NCBI GenBank assembly: GCA_944372505.1
Contig: CALVZK010000001.1
Coordinates: 129,185 to 193,184 of the forward strand
Length of the DNA stretch: 64,000 bases
Source: an uncultured Clostridia bacterium
GTDB lineage: Bacteria > Bacillota > Clostridia > Christensenellales > UBA1242
Direction of reading: 5' to 3'
Shown here: positions 18,840 to 30,329 of the stretch, one piece after another
How positions within the stretch are numbered: the first letter of the stretch is position 1
Layout: the number at the start of each line of letters is the position of its first letter
The notes under the pieces: generated by a model
Seen by the model: the letters and a program-made list of their open reading frames with translations, nothing else
Told to the model about the DNA's origin: nothing
Database searches by the model: none
Program-made: the position numbers and the translations under genes

Positions 18840-21800
18840 ATGCTTTTTCTAACCAACCAAGGTCAGATTCAAATGATAAAGTACTATATCCTGTTGAACT
18901 TGTAATCCAAACTGGTATTGTAGGAACTTCTATATCCCATTTACCATCTGCGTTTTGATGATAAATTTTTCCTGTTTGAATATTAACATAATAGATTCCA
19001 TTATCATCAATTCCACTTCCATAATAATTACCACTAGAATCTTTCAAAATTGTTACTTGCACGAGGACAGAATAATCAATTGATGGTATTAATGAAACAT
19101 TCTTTAGTGTACTAACCTCATCTCCACGATCTAATTTAAATCCTCCAAACCCATTAGGAATGAAATACAATTTTGAATAATAATTCTCATCATTTTCATT
19201 AATTTTATACCATTTAATTCCATTTGAATCAATGTATCTTTTGATATTATTTATTGTTGAAAAGTCTTTATTAATTACTTGAACTAATTTAGCACCTTCC
19301 CAATTTATATCGCTAATAGTATTTTTCCCTTTTATGGTTAAAGTCCCATTATATAACTCAAATTGAATATTATCATAATAATTTCCTCCTAAATAATATA
19401 CTTTTGTATTATCACTTAAAAGATAATATGAAATTATACTCATATTAGATTCAATTGGAGAGTTTAATTCACCGTTTTCTAAATCATCTGTAGTAAGCTT
19501 TATTTCTCTCCCATAAGCACCATTATCTGCATTAAAGTTAAATATTAAATTTTCACTACCACTTGAAACTACAAATTTATTTGAAACATTGTTAAAGAAA
19601 ACATTTTCGTAATTTTTTGACGAATATGTACTTCCAAACAAATTATAAAATGTACTCTGCATTAATCCGCTATTTATTAAAGCATTTGTTTCGTCTTCTG
19701 CGAAGTTTGAAGAATAACTTAAACTACTAATACCATAATTATTAACTACTAAATGCATTTCCGCATTTTGTGCCTTAGATTTATAAGTCACAAAAGCATT
19801 TTTATATGCACTTGCATTTTCATTATCTGAAGTACTTTCATCAGGATTAATACTATTTATTGATGAACCATCAGTATCAGTATTATGTCCAAAATAATAA
19901 ACATTTTCTGTCGTTACATTTGCACTGATATTATAACTATATAAAACATTCGTATCAGTAAAAGTATTAAATTCTTGCAAACTTCCAAGAGCTCGACTAT
20001 CACTGACTGATGAATCTATTTTAGATGTAGTATAACAATATTTTAATGTTATATTTTCAGAGTTAGAACCTATTAAGCCTCCAACATTTGCTGTTGAAGC
20101 AACACCATAAGTAATGGTTTCCAGCTTTAAATTTGATAAACAATAAGAGTTTAATAATGTTACAGAAGGTTTTACTGCAGAATCAATTTGACCAATAACT
20201 CCACCTAAATATGGATTTGTTTTTTGACCAGTTATAGACAATTCTGGAGATTTTATTGCAATATTATCCAACTTGACTGGACTATAAACATAACCAACTG
20301 CTCCTCCTAATACAGATCCAGCAATAATATTTTGATAAACTATGGAATTAGTTATTGTTGAAAGTGTAGATCCTGCTTGTGTTATGCTTCCAACAATACC
20401 ACCTACATAGAAAATTCCGGAAGTTGCGTCTGTAGTGTTAGTAACTCTAAATGCCTGATTAACTACACTATTAGATATATTCCCACCAATTAAAGACCCG
20501 GCAATACCTCCGACAGCGGAAGCCGCCATTGGTACTGTTGAAAATGGAGATAAAATTGAATCATTTCCATAAACATAAGCATAATTTAAATTACCTGCTA
20601 TTTCTCCAGCTATAAGTCCACCATAATGATAGGCTTTGATTTGCGATTGAGTAGTTCCCCCTGCAACATTCACAAAAGTATAATTTACATTTGAATTTTT
20701 ACCGATTCCTCCATAAGCAAAGCCAGCCCTGCTTCCCATAACGGAAGTTGTTCCTACAACATAAGCATTTGTAATCGTCCCTGCCCCAGCAAATCCTACA
20801 ACTGCCCCGGAATAAGAATATATAGTATTAATATTAGAATTTTCAGTATAAATGCTTGTTCCAGAGGACATATAACTTGCCGTGGTATTAATATCAGTAG
20901 TTACATTTTTTATTATGTAAGAATTATTTGCCCTTCCTACAATACCACCTACGAAATTCATTCCATATACTACACTTGTCCCAGTTCCTGAAGCACTAGA
21001 AACAATATTTATATCATACAAGTATCCATACTTCAATATTCCCGCAATAGTCCCGACACAATTAGTATTTGCAAAAGTTACTTCTGTTGGTGAAATAGTT
21101 AAATTTTTAATAGAACCAGTTTTACTAGAAGAATAACCAACTTGTGCAAACAAACCAGCCGATATCATATTTTCTTCAGATAAAAGACTAATAGATGTAA
21201 TATCCATTCCATTACCTTCTAATATACCTGCAAAAATTGTCTTGTATAGAGAAGATGATGGTTTTTCAGAGTAACTAATGTCACTAACAATTCTATAATT
21301 AGTTATATTTATATTATTATTAGCGTTTTGTTCTAAAATTTCAGCTTCCATTGTTTCACTATCATAAATTATTCTAGGATTATGAATAGAACCACTATTA
21401 GGCACGCTGGAATCATCAATATAATAATAAGTTATATTTCCACTTGCCTCATCAACTTGAGAATAACTGAAATTTCTAATTGATAAAGTGTCTATATTTG
21501 CACTGACAAGTTCAAGTCGTCCTTTGCTAAATGTTTTAATCTGTGTATTATAAATTGTATTTGTTTGAACTTTACCACCTTCAGTTTCAATTTCTATTTT
21601 GTTGGTTGTAGGAACATATTCCACATATGTAGTTGATGTATTTCCATCTGAATAGAACCAAACAGCATTAACACCTATAGTATTTTGATATGAATAATCT
21701 GCAAAGTATGAAGCTATATCATTAAATTGTTCTGCATTAAGTTTTTGTACACCATCAAAATCTTTTTCTTGTAAAGATGTATTTATATCATAATCATATC

Positions 21801-24800
21801 CAATAATTAAGTTGCTATCTTTTTCATTATAAAAGAAATAACAATTTTCAAAAGTTCCGTAATATGATAAAGTGGATTCGCCTGCTGTATTTACTACATT
21901 ATTATAAGCAAAGCCAGCAGCTGCAGCATTTTCATTACTTAATTCTGATAGAGAGAATGAATTTTTTATTTCTCCACCATTTTCATAAACAAAACCTGCC
22001 ATAATAGGCGTTACACCCAAATAAATATTTGTATAGCAATCACTTATTGTTCCTAAATTTTGATAAACAAATCCTGCTCCCTGTTCATTGCTACTAACAT
22101 AACTAGTTTTATCCTTGGTAATCAATATATCATTTGAAATTGCACCTGAAACATAACTCGTGATAATTTGACCTTCTTCTAAATTGGAATAAGCAAACCC
22201 TGCCGCATATTGATTTTGATTTGAATTATTTATGATTTTACTCTCTTTGAAATAAGAAGCTGCAATTTTACCACTATTGCTTCCTACAATTCCTCCAACT
22301 CTAAATGGTGTTTTTATATTAGCGCTGACTCCACAATTAGTTATATATCCCGAATTTGTACCAGCAATACCACCAATAAAAGATCCACTTGTTGAGTTAT
22401 CTGCTATTACTGCGATATAATACTCACTACTATTTATTACATCAGTTCTCACTTTACAGTTAGTGATAATACCATTATTTTCCCCAACTATACCACCAAA
22501 ATTGAATGAACTAGCAGTTGTTATAAACTTAACAGTCCTAAGACCATATAATTCATACCTATCTTTGTTATCATCAATATTAAGATCTGATCCATCTTGT
22601 GCAGAAGAAAATATAACATTTAGATTTTTTATAATACTATCTTCCGGTAAAGTTGTAAAAATACCAATATTAGATAATCCACCAACATCATAAGCTCCAG
22701 AGAAAATAATAGAATGTCCATTTCCATCTAAAGATTTAAAATTAGCTGCTTTAGGCACAAATGCCGTTTCACCTGTAATTTCATTAGTTTTATTTGGCAA
22801 AGTAATATCATTTAAAAGAATATAGTATCCACCTTGTTGCATATCCATAAAATCTTCATAATCGTAAACAGGTATCGGACTTTCATTACTGCTTGCCGTA
22901 TAAACATTAAACACGAAAGAAGTTCTAAAGGTCTGTTTTTTATTTTCATTAGGCTCATTAGGCGATTTAGCAACATATAAGCCATTTTGAACATCAAAAG
23001 AAGCTTTAAAATATATTCTATAGAATCCATCTTCTGGAACATGCGTTACAACAGGTGTAATATTTAATCCATTATAATTAAAGAAATAATTACTGCCTTT
23101 TTGCATGACTGAATTACTATAACCCAAAATATATCGTTTATGTGTGTCCTCCTTGTTATCATCAGGATTGTCCGCAGCACCATAATCTGGTTGCCCATCA
23201 TTAATTAAATTTGTATAAGCAATCCAAGAACCATTAACAGCAAGATTATATAAGAAACTTTCTATGTTATTTACAACTTCTGTGTTATCTGGATTGTATT
23301 CAATATAATCATAAACATCTACGGCAAGAGTAGTTTGAGAACCAACTTGAATATTTATTACTCCATTTCCCATACCAGAAATTATATCTTCGTAACCAGT
23401 TGCTGTTTCTCCATTATAATTAATTACATACTCTTGAATTTGTATTCTTGTTCTGCTACTTGCAAAGCGTTCAACTTCCCCGTCGCTCTGATTAGCACTA
23501 ATAATTAAATCGAATATATATCCATTTTGTCCTGAAATATAATTAATAGAATTATTTGTTATTTGCAAATAATAAGAACCATTTTCATAAGATATTGTTC
23601 CTAAATTTTCATTTTCACTTATAAGTTCAATATTTTCCGTCAAGAATCCATAAGAATTAATATTAAGTTTATATTTTACTCCTCTAGCTACGTTATAAGT
23701 TGCGTAAACATTTTCTTCTTGCCCTGTAATAGACTCTTTGCCATCAATTTCAACTGCAACAAAGTTTTGCAATTTGACAATTAATGGTTTTGTAGTTTGT
23801 TTTATAACTATGCCATCTTTAACTAAACTAATGTTAATATTAGAAATACTTTCATCTATGACATTAATATTTTCTAGTTCATAAGTAACATAAACTACAC
23901 CATCATAATTTATATATTTATTTCTATTATATAAACTTACGATCTCTTCTAATGTAACTCTAATACCTTTATTTGTGGATGATCCCCAAATAATAGAGTC
24001 ATCTATATACCCAGTATTTTTATTTTCGTCTTTTGATAAATCATTTCTTGCAGCAAATGACAAGTTAGCAACCGCTTTGCCTTCTTGATAATTTTCATCA
24101 GCATTTTCTATTAAAATATAATCGAAATCACCATCTTCAGGCGTAATAGTTATTGCTAAAAGTCCGGTAGAACCTGGATAAGCATAATCAGATGTAGAAA
24201 CAATTGCACCATCTCCAACTTCATTAATATTTGGATAATTATCTACAACAATCGAAGTTATATTAGTTTGATCAAAATTAATATAAAATGAAGTAATTTG
24301 TTCTGTATTGGAAGATGCTATTATAAAAATTTGATATTGTCCATAAATATTTTGGTTGTATCTATTTTTAAAATAAGTACTTTCTTTATTTATCTTTATT
24401 TTAACGTTAAAGAGTTGATCTACAAAATTAGAAATTTCTTTATCACTAGAATATAAATTTTTGTCAAGGCCTTCAATTACAAAAAGCTGGTCATTATTTT
24501 CCAATGCATATTGTAAATTAAATCCACTTAAACCTTTGAGAGTTTCGCTACCTTGTAAATATTCATTATCAAGTCCCAAAATGTAATAGTATAATTTACT
24601 TTCTTTAGCATCTGAATTAACAATAATTGTTTCATTAATTTCTTGACTAGAAATTATTGGGGCTTGAGAATAATTAACATTGTTTATAGATTGTGCGCCT
24701 TTTTTATAATTTAAAGTGGTATTAATTATTTTTTTATTTACATCACATGTATAATCGATATTAGTCCCATTTTCATTAAAAGTCAACTTAAGTAAAGTGA

Positions 24801-27800
24801 TAATATTTAATTCATATTCATCAACATCAGTATTTGAATTTCTTCTAAAATTAATAGTTTGTCCGTTTATTTCTATATCCAAACAATTAGTTTTATCGTC
24901 TTCATTTTGTTTAATTGTTACATTAGCAGTTACATCATAATTGTTAGATAAATTAAATACAATATTTGAAAAAGAAACAACCCCAGCACTTGATGAATTA
25001 AATTCACTATCTTTCCCGTCTATAACTACATTTAACTTCAAACTATAATTAGGTATTATATAAAGAGTTGCCGTATTATTACCTCTCAAGTCTATTGTTG
25101 TTTGATCAATAGGCGTGGAAGAAGAGGATCCATTTGGATATACAATAGACCCTTCAAAGCCTGGATTAAAATAATTAGTTACATACAAATAAATATCAAT
25201 AGCATTTGTATTATTTAATAAACTTGTACCTTTTATCAGTGCCAATCCAGTTTGTTTAACAGTAATTTTGCCATTTTGGTCAATAGATAAAATATCTGTA
25301 TTCATTGAAGTAAAAGAAATTTCACCATTTACCACAAAAGGATATAGACTGCTTCCCACAGAGATTTTATTTAAATATGTATCTAACAAACTTTGTGCCG
25401 TTTGCGAATTTTCTCCATCAGTGGCATCAAAATAATACATAAAGAAAACTTGTTTGCTTCCTCCAGTAAACTTATTGTTAAAATTTGGATCTACTGACAT
25501 AAATTGACTATTCTCATCTTTATGGAAAAAGATTTGATAACGCAATTCTTCTTTATTATCATTTGTTTGTAAAACAACAAAATCTCCATAATATTTTGAT
25601 TTAGTAGAACTATCTATAATTGATTCGTCCTTAATATTAACTTGTGTTCTTGATGTTAGATATGTAAGAACATTGATATAATCACCATCAATATCAATAT
25701 TCATTACTTGAGTCGTAATTTCTTTGCCGAAAGTTACATAATTTTCATTATAATAAGAATATTCATTTTTGTTGTCATAAATAATAATCATTGAAGCATC
25801 ACTGCCCATTCTGCCTTCATCTACTGCTTGAATAGCAAAAGCACTTGATAGTGATGACCCAGAACTTACATTAGAAATCGCAGCAACTTTTGCTATAAAA
25901 TACTCAGATCCATTTGTATTTGTATACATTAAGCCTCTAACGAAAGCACGAGATGTAATACCTGATAAATTAGTATTATTAATCGAAGATGAATAACCTA
26001 TAACACCTGCTATATTATCATATCCTCTTATTTCTCCTCCAACAACAATACCCTTGCCAGCAATATATGTACTACCATCTTCATTGTTTTCATATGTCAA
26101 ATACTGCTGAAAGGCAACAATTTGTTCGGTACCAATTTCAGTTAGTTTATTATAGCCTGCAATAATTTGAGCATTTTCACCTTTCATATAACCAGCTAAT
26201 CCGCCAGCAAAAACAGACAATTTAGTTTCTATTGTTCTAGAAATATCAATTAAAGAATAAGCCAAATAGTTTGTATAGCCTACCGTTTTAAGATCGGCAG
26301 AATCAATCTTCTTAACTAAACCATTCGCATGATAACCTATCGCTCCACCAATATAAACATCTTTTTCAGTATTTATATTAATTTCTAGAGTTTTATTCAT
26401 AAATATCAAAATATTAGGCGTCATTGAAAAATAACTAATTCTCCCAAAAACCATGTTTTGAACTTTGTCGCCTTCATCAACAATCGTAACATTTTCAATG
26501 CCACAATTTTTTATTTCTTCATTTAATATATAATCAAAATTTGAAGTATTTAAATTATTATCTTTAAACAATGTATAATCTTGAACAATATTCCCTTCAT
26601 TATACCCTACAACACCACCAACATATGATTGACTATTTAAAATAATATTGCTTTCATTTAAAACAACCCCTATGTTTAAAAGAGTCCCATAATTTTTCCC
26701 TGCAACTAATCCTATATAATTTATGGTTTTATCGTTGGTAGCATTACTAGAAACTTGAATTATTCCTTCAAAAGATACATACTCTATAAAGCCACTTTCA
26801 GTTATAGAAGTAAATAATCCATAATAGTTGTTATTATCTATAATTTGAGATGAATTAATATTTATTCCTGTAATTTTGGAATATTCACTCAAACCAATAA
26901 TAGATCCGCTAAAATCACCAAGTGGCAATTGAGAAGATATTGAAGAAATATCTATAGTATTTTTTATTTTGTAATGTGCCGATAAATTTTCTTTTATCTT
27001 TAAAATATCTTCTGATGATTCCAAAGTAAATCTATTTCCAATTGTACCATTAGCATATGAAATATCTAATCGAACAACTCTATTCTGATATTCAGGTAAA
27101 AGATTATTGTCACTATCAACCCAATTTTCTGGAGCAATAATTATTTCACCAGAAATTTTTTCCTCATAGTTTTCGGCTAAAGTTATAAAATCAGGATTTG
27201 CAGTAAAAGTAAAACTATATTTGTTATCACTTTCTACAACCTTAACATACTTTTCATCGTTAACATCTGGCAACAAACTAACAACTTCATTTTCGATATT
27301 GATTTGAGCTCCATTAATTATAGCAACTAATTTTTTGTTTGTCGCTTCAGAATTAGAAACATAAGCAATTATTGTATGCTCTTGTTTTAGAGATGAAAAT
27401 TCTAATTCTGTTATACTTGTTTGAAGTTGAACATTTTCAACATCAATATATTTTGTAATTTTAATGTTTACAGTGTAAGAATACAACCAGCCAAATTGAC
27501 GAACATGACAAGTTAAATTAGCAGCAGAAATTTCTGTATTTGTTGAAGCCACAAATGTCATAGAAGAGGTATCAAATGTACCAACATTTTCAATGGTATA
27601 AACATTATTTGTCCTATTCGGATCAAAATACATGTAATTTGATTCTTTACCATCTAAATAACAAGTAAAAGGTGTTTCCCAGTAAATATAATTTTGCGAA
27701 AACATAGCTTCATCATATTCAATAGTGGTTGTTAATGAAGACGGTTTAACAAATAAATATGCATTAGGGTTGAGTACTGCCACATTTAAAATTGCAGTTC

Positions 27801-30300
27801 TTGCATTTTGAGAATTAGTATTTGTATAAACATCAACATATGCCGCACTTATTCCATATTGACTAACTGTTGATGAAGAACTATTAGGATCTTTATATGT
27901 ATCTTTTCCGTCCTTCTCTTTATATACTTGTAAGTTTTCTATATAATCAAAAGACACTACTTCAATAATATAATTAATTGTTTTTGATGATCTAGTAAAA
28001 TTTTTAATATCGTAACCAGAAATTATTAGATTGATTTGTCCATTTCCGTTTTGATTAAGATATATATTGAAGTTTTTATTACTATCTGTTGCATCTGCTA
28101 ATGAAATAATAGAAGATATTGAATTAAATCTTAATGATTTAATAGCTGACGAGTTTTTGTTGTTATTGGATAAAACACTGACATCAAAATAATTATTAAT
28201 AGCATTTCGATAAGCATAAAACTTAGTTGATGTATCTTCAACAAAAGTGCTTTTTACAATATTATTAACATTATTTGTGCTAACTTGAATACTATTTAAC
28301 GATTCATCACATGTAATAGATAATGTAACTTGTCTACCATTATCAAGGGCCACGGCATAAACACCACTACCAATAGAAATAGGAATTATCTTCATATTAA
28401 GAAAATACTTATTATCTTGTAAAACATAAGGATTTTCTTCATCTATGATAAATTCAGCGACATTAGTTCCACTATCCAAGTTTATATCGAAAGAGGTAAA
28501 TTCCGCATCGGCGAATATGTCTAAAAACTCAACTGGATCATTTTGATTTATATCTATATAAATTCTTTGTTCAAAATCATCAGTTTTAAAATCTAAAATT
28601 TCAGCACCTTTTGTAATTTTATATTTTAATTGAACATTAATATAGTCTTCTCTCAATACGTTAAAGTACAATGAAATAGGAAGAATTAAAGTTTCTGTGC
28701 TAACTTCAGCCCCATTTTCCCCTTTTAGATAAATAGGATATCTTAAATCTGTAATTTCAATAATTCCATCGCTAGATGAATAGATTTGATTTCTGTATCG
28801 AAGTTTTAAATTTGAATCAGTTAAATCTATAATTAAATGACTATATTCAGCATCTTGAGGCATGGAATTAAAGTTAAATTCTTGCCAACCATAAGCATCA
28901 CCTGCGTAACTATTATAAAAGATAAATGTTTTATCAATAACAGACAAATCAACATTGTTGACGAGTAGATTTGTAGGAATTATTTTGATATTAACAGGTA
29001 TAGAATATACAAAATTCACATTTGAATCTTCACTATTCTCAAACCCTTCATAATAAAAATTAATGTTAAAATTTAATTTATTACTAGTGCCATTTGAACA
29101 ATTTATTTCAAAATAATATGTTGTATTTCCCTCATTTTCATCAATAACCTGCCCAAGTTTATTAGCACTTATAATATTCAAATCATCTGAATAAAAATCA
29201 GATAATATAAGCGGACTTGTAGAATTTATAGTAACTTGAAGATAGACAGTAATAAAACTTACAATTTTACCTATAAGTAAAGGGTTATCTTCTATGACAT
29301 ATTGATAGTTAGGAATTAATGTGATTGAATCAAATCCAAGTTCATCAATTACATAATAATTATCTGAACCTATTTGATAATCTTCTTCTAAAATCTTGTA
29401 TCCAAACTTATGAGAGATATTTTCATAGTCAATATCTATTAGAACAAAAAATTCTCTTTCACAAAATATTGTATCGTCAGTATTAGTGTCATACACAGTT
29501 ATAAAACTAAACTTATCTCCCTCTTTAACTTTAGTAGCCGTATTTAAATCAAAAACATATTCTCCATCATTAAACTCAACTGGAATGAAATCATATTTTA
29601 AATTATAAACATTAGGGAAAATACTAGGGACATTATATGAATTGCCTAAAGTGAAATAATTATTATTGTTGTCCTCAAAAATAAGATAAAAACTACCATT
29701 TTTATTTAATAGTTTTACACTAATAAACTGATTAATAAAGTTATCTCCATCTTTAACATCTTCTAAAACTAAAGAATCTGGTTGAGTAGTTTGACCAAAG
29801 AAATAATAACTTAAATTTTTTTCCGTTGTGTCACTAGAAAATACAAAATCATAAGATGTAGGAATTAAGGAAGATTTTTCTGAGACATACAAAGAATGGT
29901 CTGCAGGATTTAACTGACTAGAATACGAGCGAACGTATATTTCCAAAGAAGCAGTTTTATTCCCCTCAATTGTACTAACCTGTAAAGATGTTCTTCCCCC
30001 CTTTTTAGCAACTATTTCATAAGTGTAAGATGAACCTTGTGAACTAATAAGATTGACGTCACAAATACTTTCATTTGTTAAATTTTCAGATAAATTAGTA
30101 TTCATATTTTTTACAGGATTTTCAACTGTAAAAGTAACATTCGTGCTATTATCGACAAATAGCGAGATACTTCCATCTTGAACTGAACAAGAAATATAAA
30201 CATTGCTATAATTTTTCGAGCCACAACTAGCAAAAAGAATACCTGCTAAAACAAGTAGAAAACTCGCTATACAAATACTAATTCTTTTTGAAATAGTCAC
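18838..30300 (-). CDS. giant (3820 aa) surface lipoprotein with Ig-like domains and three GLUG-motif repeat modules
   Basis: GTG start with SD AAAGGAGAG 8 nt upstream. Lipoprotein signal MTISKRISICIASFLLVLAGILFASC (lipobox LFASC). Big_2-like segments are present (e.g. ILSIDQNGKITVKQTGLALIKGTS). Over twenty GG[ILV][AVI]G / AGF[AV]Y repeats sit in three blocks. The C-terminus is aromatic and Gly/Tyr-rich. Confidence 0.85.
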   Translation of the reverse strand: MTISKRISICIASFLLVLAGILFASCGSKNYSNVYISCSVQDGSISLFVDNSTNVTFTVENPVKNMNTNLSENLTNESICDVNLISSQGSSYTYEIVAKKGGRTSLQVSTIEGNKTASLEIYVRSYSSQLNPADHSLYVSEKSSLIPTSYDFVFSSDTTEKNLSYYFFGQTTQPDSLVLEDVKDGDNFINQFISVKLLNKNGSFYLIFEDNNNNYFTLGNSYNVPSIFPNVYNLKYDFIPVEFNDGEYVFDLNTATKVKEGDKFSFITVYDTNTDDTIFCEREFFVLIDIDYENISHKFGYKILEEDYQIGSDNYYVIDELGFDSITLIPNYQYVIEDNPLLIGKIVSFITVYLQVTINSTSPLILSDFYSDDLNIISANKLGQVIDENEGNTTYYFEINCSNGTSNKLNFNINFYYEGFENSEDSNVNFVYSIPVNIKIIPTNLLVNNVDLSVIDKTFIFYNSYAGDAYGWQEFNFNSMPQDAEYSHLIIDLTDSNLKLRYRNQIYSSSDGIIEITDLRYPIYLKGENGAEVSTETLILPISLYFNVLREDYINVQLKYKITKGAEILDFKTDDFEQRIYIDINQNDPVEFLDIFADAEFTSFDINLDSGTNVAEFIIDEENPYVLQDNKYFLNMKIIPISIGSGVYAVALDNGRQVTLSITCDESLNSIQVSTNNVNNIVKSTFVEDTSTKFYAYRNAINNYFDVSVLSNNNKNSSAIKSLRFNSISSIISLADATDSNKNFNIYLNQNGNGQINLIISGYDIKNFTRSSKTINYIIEVVSFDYIENLQVYKEKDGKDTYKDPNSSSSTVSQYGISAAYVDVYTNTNSQNARTAILNVAVLNPNAYLFVKPSSLTTTIEYDEAMFSQNYIYWETPFTCYLDGKESNYMYFDPNRTNNVYTIENVGTFDTSSMTFVASTNTEISAANLTCHVRQFGWLYSYTVNIKITKYIDVENVQLQTSITELEFSSLKQEHTIIAYVSNSEATNKKLVAIINGAQINIENEVVSLLPDVNDEKYVKVVESDNKYSFTFTANPDFITLAENYEEKISGEIIIAPENWVDSDNNLLPEYQNRVVRLDISYANGTIGNRFTLESSEDILKIKENLSAHYKIKNTIDISSISSQLPLGDFSGSIIGLSEYSKITGININSSQIIDNNNYYGLFTSITESGFIEYVSFEGIIQVSSNATNDKTINYIGLVAGKNYGTLLNIGVVLNESNIILNSQSYVGGVVGYNEGNIVQDYTLFKDNNLNTSNFDYILNEEIKNCGIENVTIVDEGDKVQNMVFGRISYFSMTPNILIFMNKTLEININTEKDVYIGGAIGYHANGLVKKIDSADLKTVGYTNYLAYSLIDISRTIETKLSVFAGGLAGYMKGENAQIIAGYNKLTEIGTEQIVAFQQYLTYENNEDGSTYIAGKGIVVGGEIRGYDNIAGVIGYSSSINNTNLSGITSRAFVRGLMYTNTNGSEYFIAKVAAISNVSSGSSLSSAFAIQAVDEGRMGSDASMIIIYDNKNEYSYYNENYVTFGKEITTQVMNIDIDGDYINVLTYLTSRTQVNIKDESIIDSSTKSKYYGDFVVLQTNDNKEELRYQIFFHKDENSQFMSVDPNFNNKFTGGSKQVFFMYYFDATDGENSQTAQSLLDTYLNKISVGSSLYPFVVNGEISFTSMNTDILSIDQNGKITVKQTGLALIKGTSLLNNTNAIDIYLYVTNYFNPGFEGSIVYPNGSSSSTPIDQTTIDLRGNNTATLYIIPNYSLKLNVVIDGKDSEFNSSSAGVVSFSNIVFNLSNNYDVTANVTIKQNEDDKTNCLDIEINGQTINFRRNSNTDVDEYELNIITLLKLTFNENGTNIDYTCDVNKKIINTTLNYKKGAQSINNVNYSQAPIISSQEINETIIVNSDAKESKLYYYILGLDNEYLQGSETLKGLSGFNLQYALENNDQLFVIEGLDKNLYSSDKEISNFVDQLFNVKIKINKESTYFKNRYNQNIYGQYQIFIIASSNTEQITSFYINFDQTNITSIVVDNYPNINEVGDGAIVSTSDYAYPGSTGLLAITITPEDGDFDYILIENADENYQEGKAVANLSFAARNDLSKDENKNTGYIDDSIIWGSSTNKGIRVTLEEIVSLYNRNKYINYDGVVYVTYELENINVIDESISNINISLVKDGIVIKQTTKPLIVKLQNFVAVEIDGKESITGQEENVYATYNVARGVKYKLNINSYGFLTENIELISENENLGTISYENGSYYLQITNNSINYISGQNGYIFDLIISANQSDGEVERFASSRTRIQIQEYVINYNGETATGYEDIISGMGNGVINIQVGSQTTLAVDVYDYIEYNPDNTEVVNNIESFLYNLAVNGSWIAYTNLINDGQPDYGAADNPDDNKEDTHKRYILGYSNSVMQKGSNYFFNYNGLNITPVVTHVPEDGFYRIYFKASFDVQNGLYVAKSPNEPNENKKQTFRTSFVFNVYTASSNESPIPVYDYEDFMDMQQGGYYILLNDITLPNKTNEITGETAFVPKAANFKSLDGNGHSIIFSGAYDVGGLSNIGIFTTLPEDSIIKNLNVIFSSAQDGSDLNIDDNKDRYELYGLRTVKFITTASSFNFGGIVGENNGIITNCKVRTDVINSSEYYIAVIADNSTSGSFIGGIAGTNSGYITNCGVSANIKTPFRVGGIVGSNSGKIAASYFKESKIINNSNQNQYAAGFAYSNLEEGQIITSYVSGAISNDILITKDKTSYVSSNEQGAGFVYQNLGTISDCYTNIYLGVTPIMAGFVYENGGEIKNSFSLSELSNENAAAAGFAYNNVVNTAGESTLSYYGTFENCYFFYNEKDSNLIIGYDYDINTSLQEKDFDGVQKLNAEQFNDIASYFADYSYQNTIGVNAVWFYSDGNTSTTYVEYVPTTNKIEIETEGGKVQTNTIYNTQIKTFSKGRLELVSANIDTLSIRNFSYSQVDEASGNITYYYIDDSSVPNSGSIHNPRIIYDSETMEAEILEQNANNNINITNYRIVSDISYSEKPSSSLYKTIFAGILEGNGMDITSISLLSEENMISAGLFAQVGYSSSKTGSIKNLTISPTEVTFANTNCVGTIAGILKYGYLYDINIVSSASGTGTSVVYGMNFVGGIVGRANNSYIIKNVTTDINTTASYMSSGTSIYTENSNINTIYSYSGAVVGFAGAGTITNAYVVGTTSVMGSRAGFAYGGIGKNSNVNYTFVNVAGGTTQSQIKAYHYGGLIAGEIAGNLNYAYVYGNDSILSPFSTVPMAASAVGGIAGSLIGGNISNSVVNQAFRVTNTTDATSGIFYVGGIVGSITQAGSTLSTITNSIVYQNIIAGSVLGGAVGYVYSPVKLDNIAIKSPELSITGQKTNPYLGGVIGQIDSAVKPSVTLLNSYCLSNLKLETITYGVASTANVGGLIGSNSENITLKYCYTTSKIDSSVSDSRALGSLQEFNTFTDTNVLYSYNISANVTTENVYYFGHNTDTDGSSINSINPDESTSDNENASAYKNAFVTYKSKAQNAEMHLVVNNYGISSLSYSSNFAEDETNALINSGLMQSTFYNLFGSTYSSKNYENVFFNNVSNKFVVSSGSENLIFNFNADNGAYGREIKLTTDDLENGELNSPIESNMSIISYYLLSDNTKVYYLGGNYYDNIQFELYNGTLTIKGKNTISDINWEGAKLVQVINKDFSTINNIKRYIDSNGIKWYKINENDENYYSKLYFIPNGFGGFKLDRGDEVSTLKNVSLIPSIDYSVLVQVTILKDSSGNYYGSGIDDNGIYYVNIQTGKIYHQNADGKWDIEVPTIPVWITSSTGYSTLSFESDLGWLEKA

Positions 30301-30329
30301 TTAAACTCTCCTTTCATAATATGCAAAGA

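Noticed and set aside
18838-19500. Calling the C-terminal ~220 aa of the giant protein a choline- or cell-wall-binding repeat domain.
   Set aside because: Only loose aromatic/Gly patterns were seen, and I could not delineate a regular ~20-aa repeat by eye. It is mentioned as a possibility only.
22463-23042. Two 76-aa ORFs inside the giant gene (22463-22693 plus strand; 22812-23042 minus strand, out of frame).
   Set aside because: They are fully embedded in the 11.5-kb ORF and show no translation signals. They are frame-shadow artefacts.
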